Assembly: GCA_018819305.1 (NCBI GenBank)
Contig: JAHJQO010000033.1
Span: 1,430 to 65,429 of the forward strand
Direction: 5' to 3'
DNA: 64,000 bases
DNA from: Nanobdellota archaeon
GTDB lineage: Archaea; Nanobdellota; Nanobdellia; Woesearchaeales; SM23-78
The notes beneath the pieces were generated by a model. The model was given only the letters and a program-made list of their open reading frames with translations, ran no database searches and was not told the origin of the DNA. Made by a program: the position numbers and the translations under genes. Below are positions 27,963-36,361 of this stretch, in pieces (positions within the stretch are counted from its first letter, which is position 1; the number at the start of each line of letters is the position of its first letter).

Positions 27963-28556
27963 ATGGATAAACAACTCTATCACTTTGAATATGTGCCTGA
28001 TGATATTTTTATTGAGGCAAGGCTTACTAATCTGCTTATAAATATTTATGAAGAAGATCTGCTTGATGCTGTTTTTTTTGAATACATCCCCCAAACATTT
28101 ACTCCATTAGAAAAATCATATTTTGTAAATTATTATAAGGGTAATGAATTCTATAGAATCATACCTTTTCCTGTTTTTGGAGCTGACAGTAAGACACTTT
28201 TGAAAAAGCAAGGTAACTTATCAGATAAAATATTTAATCTGCTTGAAAAAAAAGACTTTTTGGAAAAAAAGTTGAGAAAATTAGATGATTCTGAACTTGT
28301 TAAGGAAACTCACCAGGTTTTGGAGTTATTAGAAGCCACAGTAGATATTTTTTGTTTAGATGATAACATATTGCAGGATCAAAGATCAAGATATATGATG
28401 CGTCATGTTAATAAGGTTTCCGAAATGAGGGATTATCAGTCAGTAGGACTTGCATGTTCTATTGCACATCATGAAGAGTTACTGTTATATTCTAGTGTGT
28501 TGGATTTTGAGTATACTCTTTTTCAGGCTGAGAAAAAAGAAGATTCATTAATATAA
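27963..28556 (+). CDS. Hypothetical protein
   Basis: 197-aa ORF; no clear motif. Confidence 0.55.
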   Translation: MDKQLYHFEYVPDDIFIEARLTNLLINIYEEDLLDAVFFEYIPQTFTPLEKSYFVNYYKGNEFYRIIPFPVFGADSKTLLKKQGNLSDKIFNLLEKKDFLEKKLRKLDDSELVKETHQVLELLEATVDIFCLDDNILQDQRSRYMMRHVNKVSEMRDYQSVGLACSIAHHEELLLYSSVLDFEYTLFQAEKKEDSLI

Positions 28557-28600
28557 ATCATTAACTTTATATATTACCTTTCTCAATATGTTATTTGAAA

Positions 28601-29248
28601 ATGGCCAAAAAAACAAAAAATAAAATAAAACATGAAAATAAAACAAAATCAAAGATTTTGAATATTTCAAAAAAAGAAAATAAACCAAAACCAGAAAATA
28701 AAACAAAACTACAAAAACAAATCAAACTTTCTGCTATTTTTGGAATTATTACACTGATATTTGCTTTTCCTTTGGGAGGATTTGAATTGCTTAAGTTTAC
28801 AAAGCAGATGACATCAGGATTTATGGTGATGTATATCTTGGTTTACCTGCTGTTCTTTTTGTTTACTGCATTATTTGTAAGAGGATTTATCATTACAGGA
28901 AGAGAACTAAAAATTCCTTTGTTGATAAAAGCTTCTTTTATTATGATTTTCGCATCTGCATTGGCTACAGTGTTTCAGATAATTTTGTTGTTTGCACCTC
29001 AGATAACTACTATTTTGTCAATAATATCTTTAGTGATTATTTCAGGAGCAGCAACTCTGTTGTTTGGAATAGCTTTACTCAAACTTAAAAAGAAATTTGG
29101 CAGCCTGGCAACAGCTGCAGGCGTGCTGGAAATCATTGGAGGAGCAGCATCAATCACAGTGATTTTGGCTTTGGGAGCAATACTGCTTGCAATTCCAGCA
29201 ATGATAATTGAAATCATCCTGCTCTTTGTGATTGCAAAGAAATTATGA
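28601..29248 (+). CDS. Multi-pass membrane protein with a Lys-rich N-terminus
   Basis: About 5-6 hydrophobic helices. Confidence 0.7.
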   Translation: MAKKTKNKIKHENKTKSKILNISKKENKPKPENKTKLQKQIKLSAIFGIITLIFAFPLGGFELLKFTKQMTSGFMVMYILVYLLFFLFTALFVRGFIITGRELKIPLLIKASFIMIFASALATVFQIILLFAPQITTILSIISLVIISGAATLLFGIALLKLKKKFGSLATAAGVLEIIGGAASITVILALGAILLAIPAMIIEIILLFVIAKKL

Positions 29249-29333
29249 TTTCCTTATAATTTTTTTATATTTTTTCTTTTATTATTCTATTTTTTCCACA
29301 AGCTTTTAAAACCCTTGTTCTACTCTATGATGC

Positions 29334-29723
29334 ATGAAGAAAATAGTAATTATTGACACGAATTTCCTGCTTATACCTGGCCAGTTCAAAGTAGATATAT
29401 TCACGCAGATAAATGATTTGGTCATGGAGCCGCATGAGATGTGCATAGTTGACAGAACTATTGGTGAGCTTAACAAATTAACAGTGGTTGGCAAGGAAAA
29501 AGACAGATTTGCTGCAAAACTTGCTCTCGTCCTGACAATACAGAAAAACTTAAAAACCCTACGTAGTTTCGGGAGTAATAAGAGTGTGGATGATATTATA
29601 GTGAAAAAGTCAGACTGTAATACGTTCATAGCAACCCAGGATAAGGCCCTGAGGCAAAGAGTAAGGGAAAAAGGGGCTAAAATCATTGGGTTAAGGCAAA
29701 AAAAATACTTGGTGATAACATAA
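29334..29723 (+). CDS. PIN domain protein (Fcf1/Utp24-like)
   Basis: IIDTNFL, VDD, IATQDKALR; conserved position upstream of rpoE1. Confidence 0.85.
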   Translation: MKKIVIIDTNFLLIPGQFKVDIFTQINDLVMEPHEMCIVDRTIGELNKLTVVGKEKDRFAAKLALVLTIQKNLKTLRSFGSNKSVDDIIVKKSDCNTFIATQDKALRQRVREKGAKIIGLRQKKYLVIT

Positions 29724-30310
29724 TGTTTTACACAGTAAAAGTAAAAGACCACATCAGAGTTCCTCCAGATAAGTTTGGAGAAGAAATAAAATTAGCAATA
29801 ATAGGCGAAATCAAGAACAAATACTCAGGATATATTTCCAAGGACCTGGGTTTGGTTATTGATGTTTCAGACATAGATGATGTTGGCGAAGGCATTATTA
29901 TTCCTGGAGATGGCGCATCTTATTATGAGACAACCTTTAACTTGATAACATTTGAGCCTGAAATACAGGAAGTTATCAGAGGCAAGATTAAGGATATTGC
30001 TGACTTTGGAGTCTTTTTTTCCATGGGGCCTATTGATGGAATGATTCACATTAGTCAGACAATGAATGATTATGTTAGTTTTAGCAAAGACAAAGCTTTG
30101 CAGGGAAAAGAATCCAAGAGAAACCTTAAGGTAGGTGACAAATGCAGGGCAAGAATCATTGCTGTATCATATAAGGATATTGCAAACCCAAAGCTTGGCC
30201 TTACAATGAGACAAGCTGGTCTTGGCAAAGATGAATGGGTAGAACCAGATCTTGCAGAAGGCAAAGGCAAAGTTAAAAAAGCAGCCAAGCCTGAAGATAA
30301 GAAGAAATAA
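29723..30310 (+). CDS. rpoE1: DNA-directed RNA polymerase subunit Rpo7 (E')
   Basis: IRVPP, GEGIIIPGDG, GPIDGMIHISQ, GLTMRQAGLGK. Confidence 0.96.
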   Translation: MFYTVKVKDHIRVPPDKFGEEIKLAIIGEIKNKYSGYISKDLGLVIDVSDIDDVGEGIIIPGDGASYYETTFNLITFEPEIQEVIRGKIKDIADFGVFFSMGPIDGMIHISQTMNDYVSFSKDKALQGKESKRNLKVGDKCRARIIAVSYKDIANPKLGLTMRQAGLGKDEWVEPDLAEGKGKVKKAAKPEDKKK

Positions 30311-30322
30311 GGAGATGATCAT

Positions 30323-30508
30323 ATGAAAAAGCAAGTTTGCAGAACATGTAAAGCTTTTTTTGTAGCTGACAGTTGTCCTGTTTGCAAGAAAAAATCAGCT
30401 GCCACAGTATGGCAGGGAAGAATTCATTTTCTAAGTATCAAGAAATCCGAGATTGCAAAGAAGATGAATATAGAAAGAGACGGAGAATACGCAATTAAAG
30501 TAAGATAA
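30323..30508 (+). CDS. spt4: Transcription elongation factor Spt4 (RpoE2)
   Basis: CxxC...CPVC, WQG, SEIAKKMNI..GEYAIKVR. Confidence 0.93.
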   Translation: MKKQVCRTCKAFFVADSCPVCKKKSAATVWQGRIHFLSIKKSEIAKKMNIERDGEYAIKVR

Positions 30509-30518
30509 GTGATGCCTT

Positions 30519-30935
30519 ATGAATATACAAATAATCAGTGATGAGAAAAAACCCTTGTTAAATCGAAGAGAAATATCTGCTAAGATTGGATTTGATAATA
30601 AGACTCCCAGCAGAGCAAATATAAAAAAAGAAATTGCAAAAAAACTTAATGTAAAAGAAGATCTGGTTGTTGTCAAACTTGTTAATCCTGATTATGGCAC
30701 AACATCTGCTGTGCTTGAGATTGATGTTTATGATAATGAGAAAACCATGAAAGATGTTGCTTCTGATTATTTGGCTAAACGAGGAGTTCCAAAAGGCAAA
30801 AAAGGAGAATCTGAATCTGCACCGGCTGCTCCGGCTCCTGCTGAAACACCAAAAAAAGAAGAAAAACCTGAGGAGAAAAAGGAAGACGCTCCGAAGGAAG
30901 AAAAGAAAGAAGAAGCAAAAGAAGAAAAGAAATAA
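30519..30935 (+). CDS. rps24e: 30S ribosomal protein eS24 with a low-complexity C-terminal tail
   Basis: PLLNRREI, TPSR, YG; P/A/E/K-rich tail. Confidence 0.92.
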   Translation: MNIQIISDEKKPLLNRREISAKIGFDNKTPSRANIKKEIAKKLNVKEDLVVVKLVNPDYGTTSAVLEIDVYDNEKTMKDVASDYLAKRGVPKGKKGESESAPAAPAPAETPKKEEKPEEKKEDAPKEEKKEEAKEEKK

Positions 30936-31003
30936 TGATTACAGGTAAAAAAAAATACAAAAATTAAATTTTTGAATTTAAAAATAAAAAACGAGATTTT
31001 AAA

Positions 31004-31219
31004 ATGGCTAAGAAAAAGAAAGGTAAAGGAAAAGAAAGAAAAGGCAAAAAGCCAAAAAAGAAAAAAGCAGCCAGTAAAGTGGCTAATGTTTATGATGTGA
31101 GCGGCGGTTCTATCAAAAGAAAAAATCATACTTGTCCAAAGTGCGGACCAGGAATTTTTATGGCTGCGCATAAAGACAGGGCAACCTGCGGCAAGTGCGG
31201 TTTTACTGAGAAGAAATAA
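31004..31219 (+). CDS. rps27ae: 30S ribosomal protein eS31 (S27ae)
   Basis: CPKCGPGIFMAAHKDRATCGKCG. Confidence 0.95.
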   Translation: MAKKKKGKGKERKGKKPKKKKAASKVANVYDVSGGSIKRKNHTCPKCGPGIFMAAHKDRATCGKCGFTEKK

Positions 31220-31245
31220 AATATTTTTATTCTTTAAATTAATAT

Positions 31246-31605
31246 TTAGAAGTTTATTGAAGTAGATTCTATTAAGAGACCGTCTTTAAAAGTTAGTTTG
31301 CCGTTTAGCTCAGAAATATCGAAGTTTGGAAGCATCTTGTATTTTGCATAATAGTAATAGTTGGGATCACGAAAATGGTCTGGAAATCCTAGAATATCTA
31401 TTATTTGTTGCTTGTCTATCTTTTTAGGTCTTTGCCCTGGAATAAATTTTGGATTGAAATAGATTAAGCAAGAACGGAAATAAGGCCTGTTTCCAGTATT
31501 TTTATCTTCTACTAAAATTGAATAGTTAATTTCTGCTTCTTTAAGTTTTGATTCTATGGCTTCGCGTGGAAGACCTTCTACTAAAGATAAATTTTCTAAA
31601 TCCAT
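31246..31605 (-). CDS. Hypothetical protein
   Basis: 119-aa ORF; ATG start with a TATA-like element upstream. Confidence 0.55.
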   Translation of the reverse strand: MDLENLSLVEGLPREAIESKLKEAEINYSILVEDKNTGNRPYFRSCLIYFNPKFIPGQRPKKIDKQQIIDILGFPDHFRDPNYYYYAKYKMLPNFDISELNGKLTFKDGLLIESTSINF

Positions 31606-31708
31606 AAAAGAAAAGAAATCCTTGAGTATTTATAAATCTGGCTGTGTTTTTTTGTTATTATTTAATAGAAACATTTTAATATTCAAATGTTTTTCCAGGT
31701 TTAGTATA

Positions 31709-32464
31709 ATGTCAGATATAAAACCATTAGTGGATGTTGCACTTGGATTCGGAGCATACTTTGGTGCTACCTTAGTTACTGTAGGGACTTTTTTTTGCGG
31801 TTTAGCCCCAATCATAACAGCTCCTATTCAGTATGGTAGAGATAGAAGGGAGAATCTCACAGATATTTCTCTTCCAAGATATATGTTTAAGATTACAGAC
31901 CGAATGATAGATATTGATTTGCATGTTTATCACCAAAGAACGATTAATCTCAGTCAATTTTATGGTTGTACTGGGCTTGATAGTAAAAAGATAAATGTTG
32001 GAAAAGCTCAAAATCTGATAAAACTTACTTCGGATTATTCTCGTTTAAACAAGTTTATGATGGAAAGCCCAATTGAAAGTACTGACTGGAAAAATTATGT
32101 GAATGAAATGATGTCTTCACGAAATAAGAATGTGGCTTTTTCACATATTCAAACATTAGATTCTCTTGATAAGAAAATGAATGCTTACGAAGCTAAAAGA
32201 ATGAATGATTATTCTGTGAGTTTAGAACATCTAGAACATAATGTTGATCATATTATTGGAAATGATTTTTTTTCTGAAGCAAAAGAACCATTGATTGATT
32301 TTGTGAACTCAATTAATATAAATCCTAATGTTCATGATGCCCTTGAAAATCTGTTAAAGAATGAGAAGACAATAGAATATTTAAAAAAACAAAGACGTTT
32401 TGAAAACTCTGAAAAATTATTTTCAGATCCTTCTGGCTGGATGCAATGGCTGGGTAAGAGATAG
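31709..32464 (+). CDS. Hypothetical protein with an N-terminal TM segment
   Basis: Probable start ATG 31709 (MSDIKP); hydrophobic VALGFGAYFGATLVTVG. Confidence 0.6.
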   Translation: MSDIKPLVDVALGFGAYFGATLVTVGTFFCGLAPIITAPIQYGRDRRENLTDISLPRYMFKITDRMIDIDLHVYHQRTINLSQFYGCTGLDSKKINVGKAQNLIKLTSDYSRLNKFMMESPIESTDWKNYVNEMMSSRNKNVAFSHIQTLDSLDKKMNAYEAKRMNDYSVSLEHLEHNVDHIIGNDFFSEAKEPLIDFVNSININPNVHDALENLLKNEKTIEYLKKQRRFENSEKLFSDPSGWMQWLGKR

Positions 32465-32480
32465 TTTACTTGTATTTTTT

Positions 32481-32996
32481 TTAATAAAATTTCCTGGTAC
32501 CTTTTATGCAGTTCTGTTCGCAAGTTATTTGCTGTTTATCATTCAGATTAAGCGGAACTACAAAGTCTTTTGCTGATTTAATAATTATGTTCATTTCTAT
32601 TTCTTTGACTTTTGGGTGGCACCTGAGATGATAGTTCACTATGCCTTCAAGAGTTTTTAAGTCTTTGGCTATGAAGAGCATGCAGAGATTATGTTTGCCT
32701 GATGTTACAAAGCCATTTATAAAGAACGGACACCCTTGGAATTCCTTAAGCAGACTTTCTGTTTCTGTTGTGCTTATGTCAATTTTAGCCATTGGCAGGT
32801 CTATTTTCTTGAGATTGGTGCCTACGATTTGCTGTAAAACCCCTTTTTCTCTCAGTTTTCGTATTCTTGCACTTACGGATGGCTGGGATAGTTTAAGCTC
32901 TTTTGCAAGGTCTTCCTGTGATGTAAATGGGTTATTTTGCAGTTTGCTAATTATAATGCTGTCTCTGTCGTCTAAATTTAGCTTTTCTTTGAACAT
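32481..32996 (-). CDS. Lrp/AsnC family transcriptional regulator
   Basis: LDDRDSIII...SQEDLAKELKLSQPSVSARIRKLREKG; RAM-like domain with several Cys. Confidence 0.9.
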   Translation of the reverse strand: MFKEKLNLDDRDSIIISKLQNNPFTSQEDLAKELKLSQPSVSARIRKLREKGVLQQIVGTNLKKIDLPMAKIDISTTETESLLKEFQGCPFFINGFVTSGKHNLCMLFIAKDLKTLEGIVNYHLRCHPKVKEIEMNIIIKSAKDFVVPLNLNDKQQITCEQNCIKGTRKFY

Positions 32997-33138
32997 TTTA
33001 TTTATATACTTATTTATATCATATAGAAATGTTATAGCTAATATTTAAATTTTTTCTATTTTATATAAGTATTTTATATTATTTTCTATATTTTATAGTG
33101 AGAGAACTTATATATTTCATACACATACACTTATTTGG

Positions 33139-33390
33139 GTGATAAAAATGTATACTCCAACAATGCCAATACGGCTTCCAAATCCAGGACTTCCACCAGA
33201 AGGATTTCCACCAATGCCAGATAGATATAAGAGAATTGATGACCTAGTAGAATTTCCAAATAAGAATAAGGATATTTTGAGTTATAAAATAATCCTTCCA
33301 AAATTCGATAAGGACCGTTCAACAGGCCATAATATTGATTATAATATTTTGAAGCTTGTAAAGCCATTAGAAAACCATTATGTTCATTAA
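33139..33390 (+). CDS. Pro-rich hypothetical protein
   Basis: 83-aa ORF; coding status uncertain. Confidence 0.35.
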   Translation: MIKMYTPTMPIRLPNPGLPPEGFPPMPDRYKRIDDLVEFPNKNKDILSYKIILPKFDKDRSTGHNIDYNILKLVKPLENHYVH

Positions 33391-33458
33391 CCCAAACAAC
33401 CCTAGTTATGTTTGGGGAATCTAAAGGGGGATAAAATTCAATAAAAACGAGGTATAAA

Positions 33459-34307
33459 ATGAGTTTAAGAAAAATAATTGAAATAAATGAAGACTTGTGC
33501 AATGGATGCGGAGACTGTATTCCAAATTGCCCAGAAGGAGCACTCCAAGTTATTGATGACAAAGCCAGATTAGTCAGCGACCTTTTCTGTGACGGACTAG
33601 GAGCTTGTGTAGGATATTGCCCAACAGGAGCAATGCAAGTAGTAGAAAGAGAAGCAGAACCTTATAATGAAGACAAAGTTATGGCAAACATAGTCAAGCA
33701 GGGAGCCAACACAATAAAAGCTCATCTTGAGCATTTAAAAGAGCATGGTGAGACTAATTTCTTTAACCAGGCTGTTCAATATCTAAAGAAAAACAAGGTA
33801 AAAAACCCTCTTGAAGGGCAGGAAAAGAAAAAAGAACCTGAATACTGCGGTTGTCCTGGCTCAAAAATGGTGGATTTTTCACAAGAAGAGCAAGCAGAAC
33901 CCAAAGCAACAAGTTCTGAGAGGCAAGAATCACAGTTAAGAACATGGCCAGTCCAGCTTAATCTCGTGCCTGTTCATGCACCATATTTTCAAAACCCAGA
34001 TCTAGTTATTGCTGCTGATTGTGTGCCATTTGCAAATCCAAATTTTCACAGAGATTATCTTAATAAAAAACCCCTAGTAATTGGATGTCCAAAGCTAGAT
34101 GATGCAGAGCATTACACAAACAAACTGACAGAGATTTTCAAAGAAAACCCCATAAAAAACATTACACTCCTGAACATGGAGGTGCCCTGCTGCTTTGGAC
34201 TTCAGCACATTGTTAGTGAAGCAGTTCAGAAATCAGGAAAAAAGATTAATGTGGACCAGCGTATTATCAGCATTAAGGGAGAAGAAAAATCAGGTGCGTA
34301 TGCATAA
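33459..34307 (+). CDS. 4Fe-4S ferredoxin-domain iron-sulfur protein
   Basis: CNGCGDCIPNCPEG, CDGLGACVGYCP, GCPG, WPVQL, AADC, GCPKLD, MEVPCC. Confidence 0.9.
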   Translation: MSLRKIIEINEDLCNGCGDCIPNCPEGALQVIDDKARLVSDLFCDGLGACVGYCPTGAMQVVEREAEPYNEDKVMANIVKQGANTIKAHLEHLKEHGETNFFNQAVQYLKKNKVKNPLEGQEKKKEPEYCGCPGSKMVDFSQEEQAEPKATSSERQESQLRTWPVQLNLVPVHAPYFQNPDLVIAADCVPFANPNFHRDYLNKKPLVIGCPKLDDAEHYTNKLTEIFKENPIKNITLLNMEVPCCFGLQHIVSEAVQKSGKKINVDQRIISIKGEEKSGAYA

Positions 34308-34513
34308 GTACATAATTATACTCAACCCTCACACCTTTGTTAAATTATTTCTCTTTCTTTTTTTATTATTTTTTCACTTTTTTTTAGTTTTCTGAGTATA
34401 ACTTCAAGTAAAATTGAAAGGAGCAAATCTTTGATTTGCGACTTCAAGAATTCTTGTTAACTTCAAGAATTATTATTTTTGATAGCTTTAAAAATTATTG
34501 TAATCTTAACAAA

Positions 34514-35428
34514 CTAGTGTAGCAATAGCAAGGGATCGGCTCTTTCTCTTATTCTCTGAGTTAAATTATTCTCAATTCCGCTTCCTTTCAATTCTTCTAA
34601 ATATTCTATTAGATGAGTTAAATTATCCCTCATTCTATAAACACAAGAAGTCAGTTTACTTGCTGATGCCAGTTCAAATCTTTTCCCCGCCCGGGTTAAA
34701 TAAGAATTTGCTGTTTTTACTAATACAGGGAACACATTAGAAGAAAATACCGCTCGTTCTATTTGATGATTATTTAAATTCCCACTTTCTTGATATGCTA
34801 AAACAATAGGTTGCGTATAAATTCCAGATTCTAAATCTTTTTCCCAGTCAAAAATATCATCACATAATTGAACAGCAACCGCCCCCTCTTCAACACCTTT
34901 TTCAAGATTTAAAACAGGTAAATCGTTATTTGAAGCATCGGCATAGAGAGCAATAGAGGTTTTAGCCATTGCCCCTCTTTTTCCCAACATTAAAAAGTCT
35001 TCAGAATCATAAGGAATTAATTTCCCATGATGCCTCCAGAGATGCCTTTCTCCTTCACTTGCTTGTTGCCAATAGCTGAATAACCTGTGAAAGAGCATAT
35101 CTTTTTGGTTGACGCACCTTATATCCCTTATCCCACTAATCAGACTAGTAACTGCTGCATGTGCAGATGCAGCTCCATTGGCAGGGTTATCCTTGACATC
35201 ATCAAGATGGTGGACAAAAACATCAAAGTGAGAGTTTACTCTCCTAACTCTTTCAAGTACTTTGCGGTTATTTATCCCAAATGGTTCGATCAACAGCTCT
35301 GCTAAACTCACGACAAAAGGTTCGCTTACAGCTCTTTCCTGCCTGGTTACATAATCAATTACAGCAGCCTTCTCTGGGCGTTCCTTTATTTCGTATTTTT
35401 CAAAAGTCACAGCACATCCTGATTCCAT
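34514..35428 (-). CDS. Class I isoprenoid synthase-fold protein (prenyltransferase/terpene synthase-like)
   Basis: Two Asp-rich motifs, LDDVKD and QLCDDIFDWEKD; KR motif before the second. Start probably ATG 35428 (track gives 35479). Confidence 0.75.
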   Translation of the reverse strand: MESGCAVTFEKYEIKERPEKAAVIDYVTRQERAVSEPFVVSLAELLIEPFGINNRKVLERVRRVNSHFDVFVHHLDDVKDNPANGAASAHAAVTSLISGIRDIRCVNQKDMLFHRLFSYWQQASEGERHLWRHHGKLIPYDSEDFLMLGKRGAMAKTSIALYADASNNDLPVLNLEKGVEEGAVAVQLCDDIFDWEKDLESGIYTQPIVLAYQESGNLNNHQIERAVFSSNVFPVLVKTANSYLTRAGKRFELASASKLTSCVYRMRDNLTHLIEYLEELKGSGIENNLTQRIRERADPLLLLH

Positions 35429-35475
35429 AAGGTTAGGGTATAGAAACAAATATATATTATTTCTAGCGATATATA

Positions 35476-36120
35476 TCACTTTTCAAGATAAACTGGTAAA
35501 AGTTTCTGCTCTGCTTTTCTTAAATGCGCATGAAATGCTGAGAAAGATATTTTAGACATTTTTGCTAATTTTTTCACACTTGTCTTTCTGGGATAATTAT
35601 AGTATCCTTCTCTGATAGCTAATTCAATGGCTTTCTTTTGTCTTTTAGTTAATTCAGGCCTCAGATTTATTAAGTAGAAATTAGAAATAATCTTTTTTTC
35701 TACCTTTAATATGTTTGCCTCATAATTTTTGTCAAGAAAAGATAAGAATTTGTTTAGTTCCTCTCTTTTCCAACTGCCTATGGTGTAGAAGTTATTTCCC
35801 TTTGCATCAATTAAAACTGGCTCTAGATTAAGTATATTAGTAGTATATGCGGGTTCTAATTCCTTTGGATCCTTAACTTGTGATATGATGAGGTCGTTTT
35901 TTACCTCTAAGTTTACTACTTCATCAGCTTTTTTCAAATCTTTGATAAAATCATTCTTGTTTTTCTCAGCTCCGAAAAGCAAAGAAACTGAATCAACAAA
36001 AAGATAATCTCCTTTCTTCCTCACTAAAACAGGATAGGAAGCGAGTGAAATGTTGAATTTCTTAGCTCGACTACCAAAAACCCCTTTTCCATCTATAATC
36101 TTCATTCTAGCTACCCACAT
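35476..36120 (-). CDS. HTH-10 (bacterio-opsin activator-type) transcriptional regulator
   Basis: LTKRQKKAIELAIREGYYNYPRK...HLRKAEQKL; probable start MWVA at 36120. Confidence 0.9.
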   Translation of the reverse strand: MWVARMKIIDGKGVFGSRAKKFNISLASYPVLVRKKGDYLFVDSVSLLFGAEKNKNDFIKDLKKADEVVNLEVKNDLIISQVKDPKELEPAYTTNILNLEPVLIDAKGNNFYTIGSWKREELNKFLSFLDKNYEANILKVEKKIISNFYLINLRPELTKRQKKAIELAIREGYYNYPRKTSVKKLAKMSKISFSAFHAHLRKAEQKLLPVYLEK

Positions 36121-36361
36121 ATACATGAGATATATATCACATTTTATATGCTTATCGAAAATATCTGGCTCGTAAAAGCATAAAAGAACATAAATCATGG
36201 AAAACTATTTCCCTTCCTATTTTTTTTCAGTTTTTTGTTCATAACTTCAAGTTAAATCAAAGTCTAAACAAAGTATATTAATAAGCTTGCACATACAAAT
36301 GGATTAAAACATTAAAAATGCAAAAAAATAATATTAAAAAAACAAACAAAAGGTGACTTTT

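Larger units (their letters stand above)
34398..36252. repeat. 12-bp direct repeat ATAACTTCAAGT flanking a two-gene cassette
   Basis: Copies at 34398-34409 and 36241-36252, each preceded by a T-rich tract and followed by similar sequence (AAAATTGAAAG / TAAATCAAAG). Confidence 0.5.
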
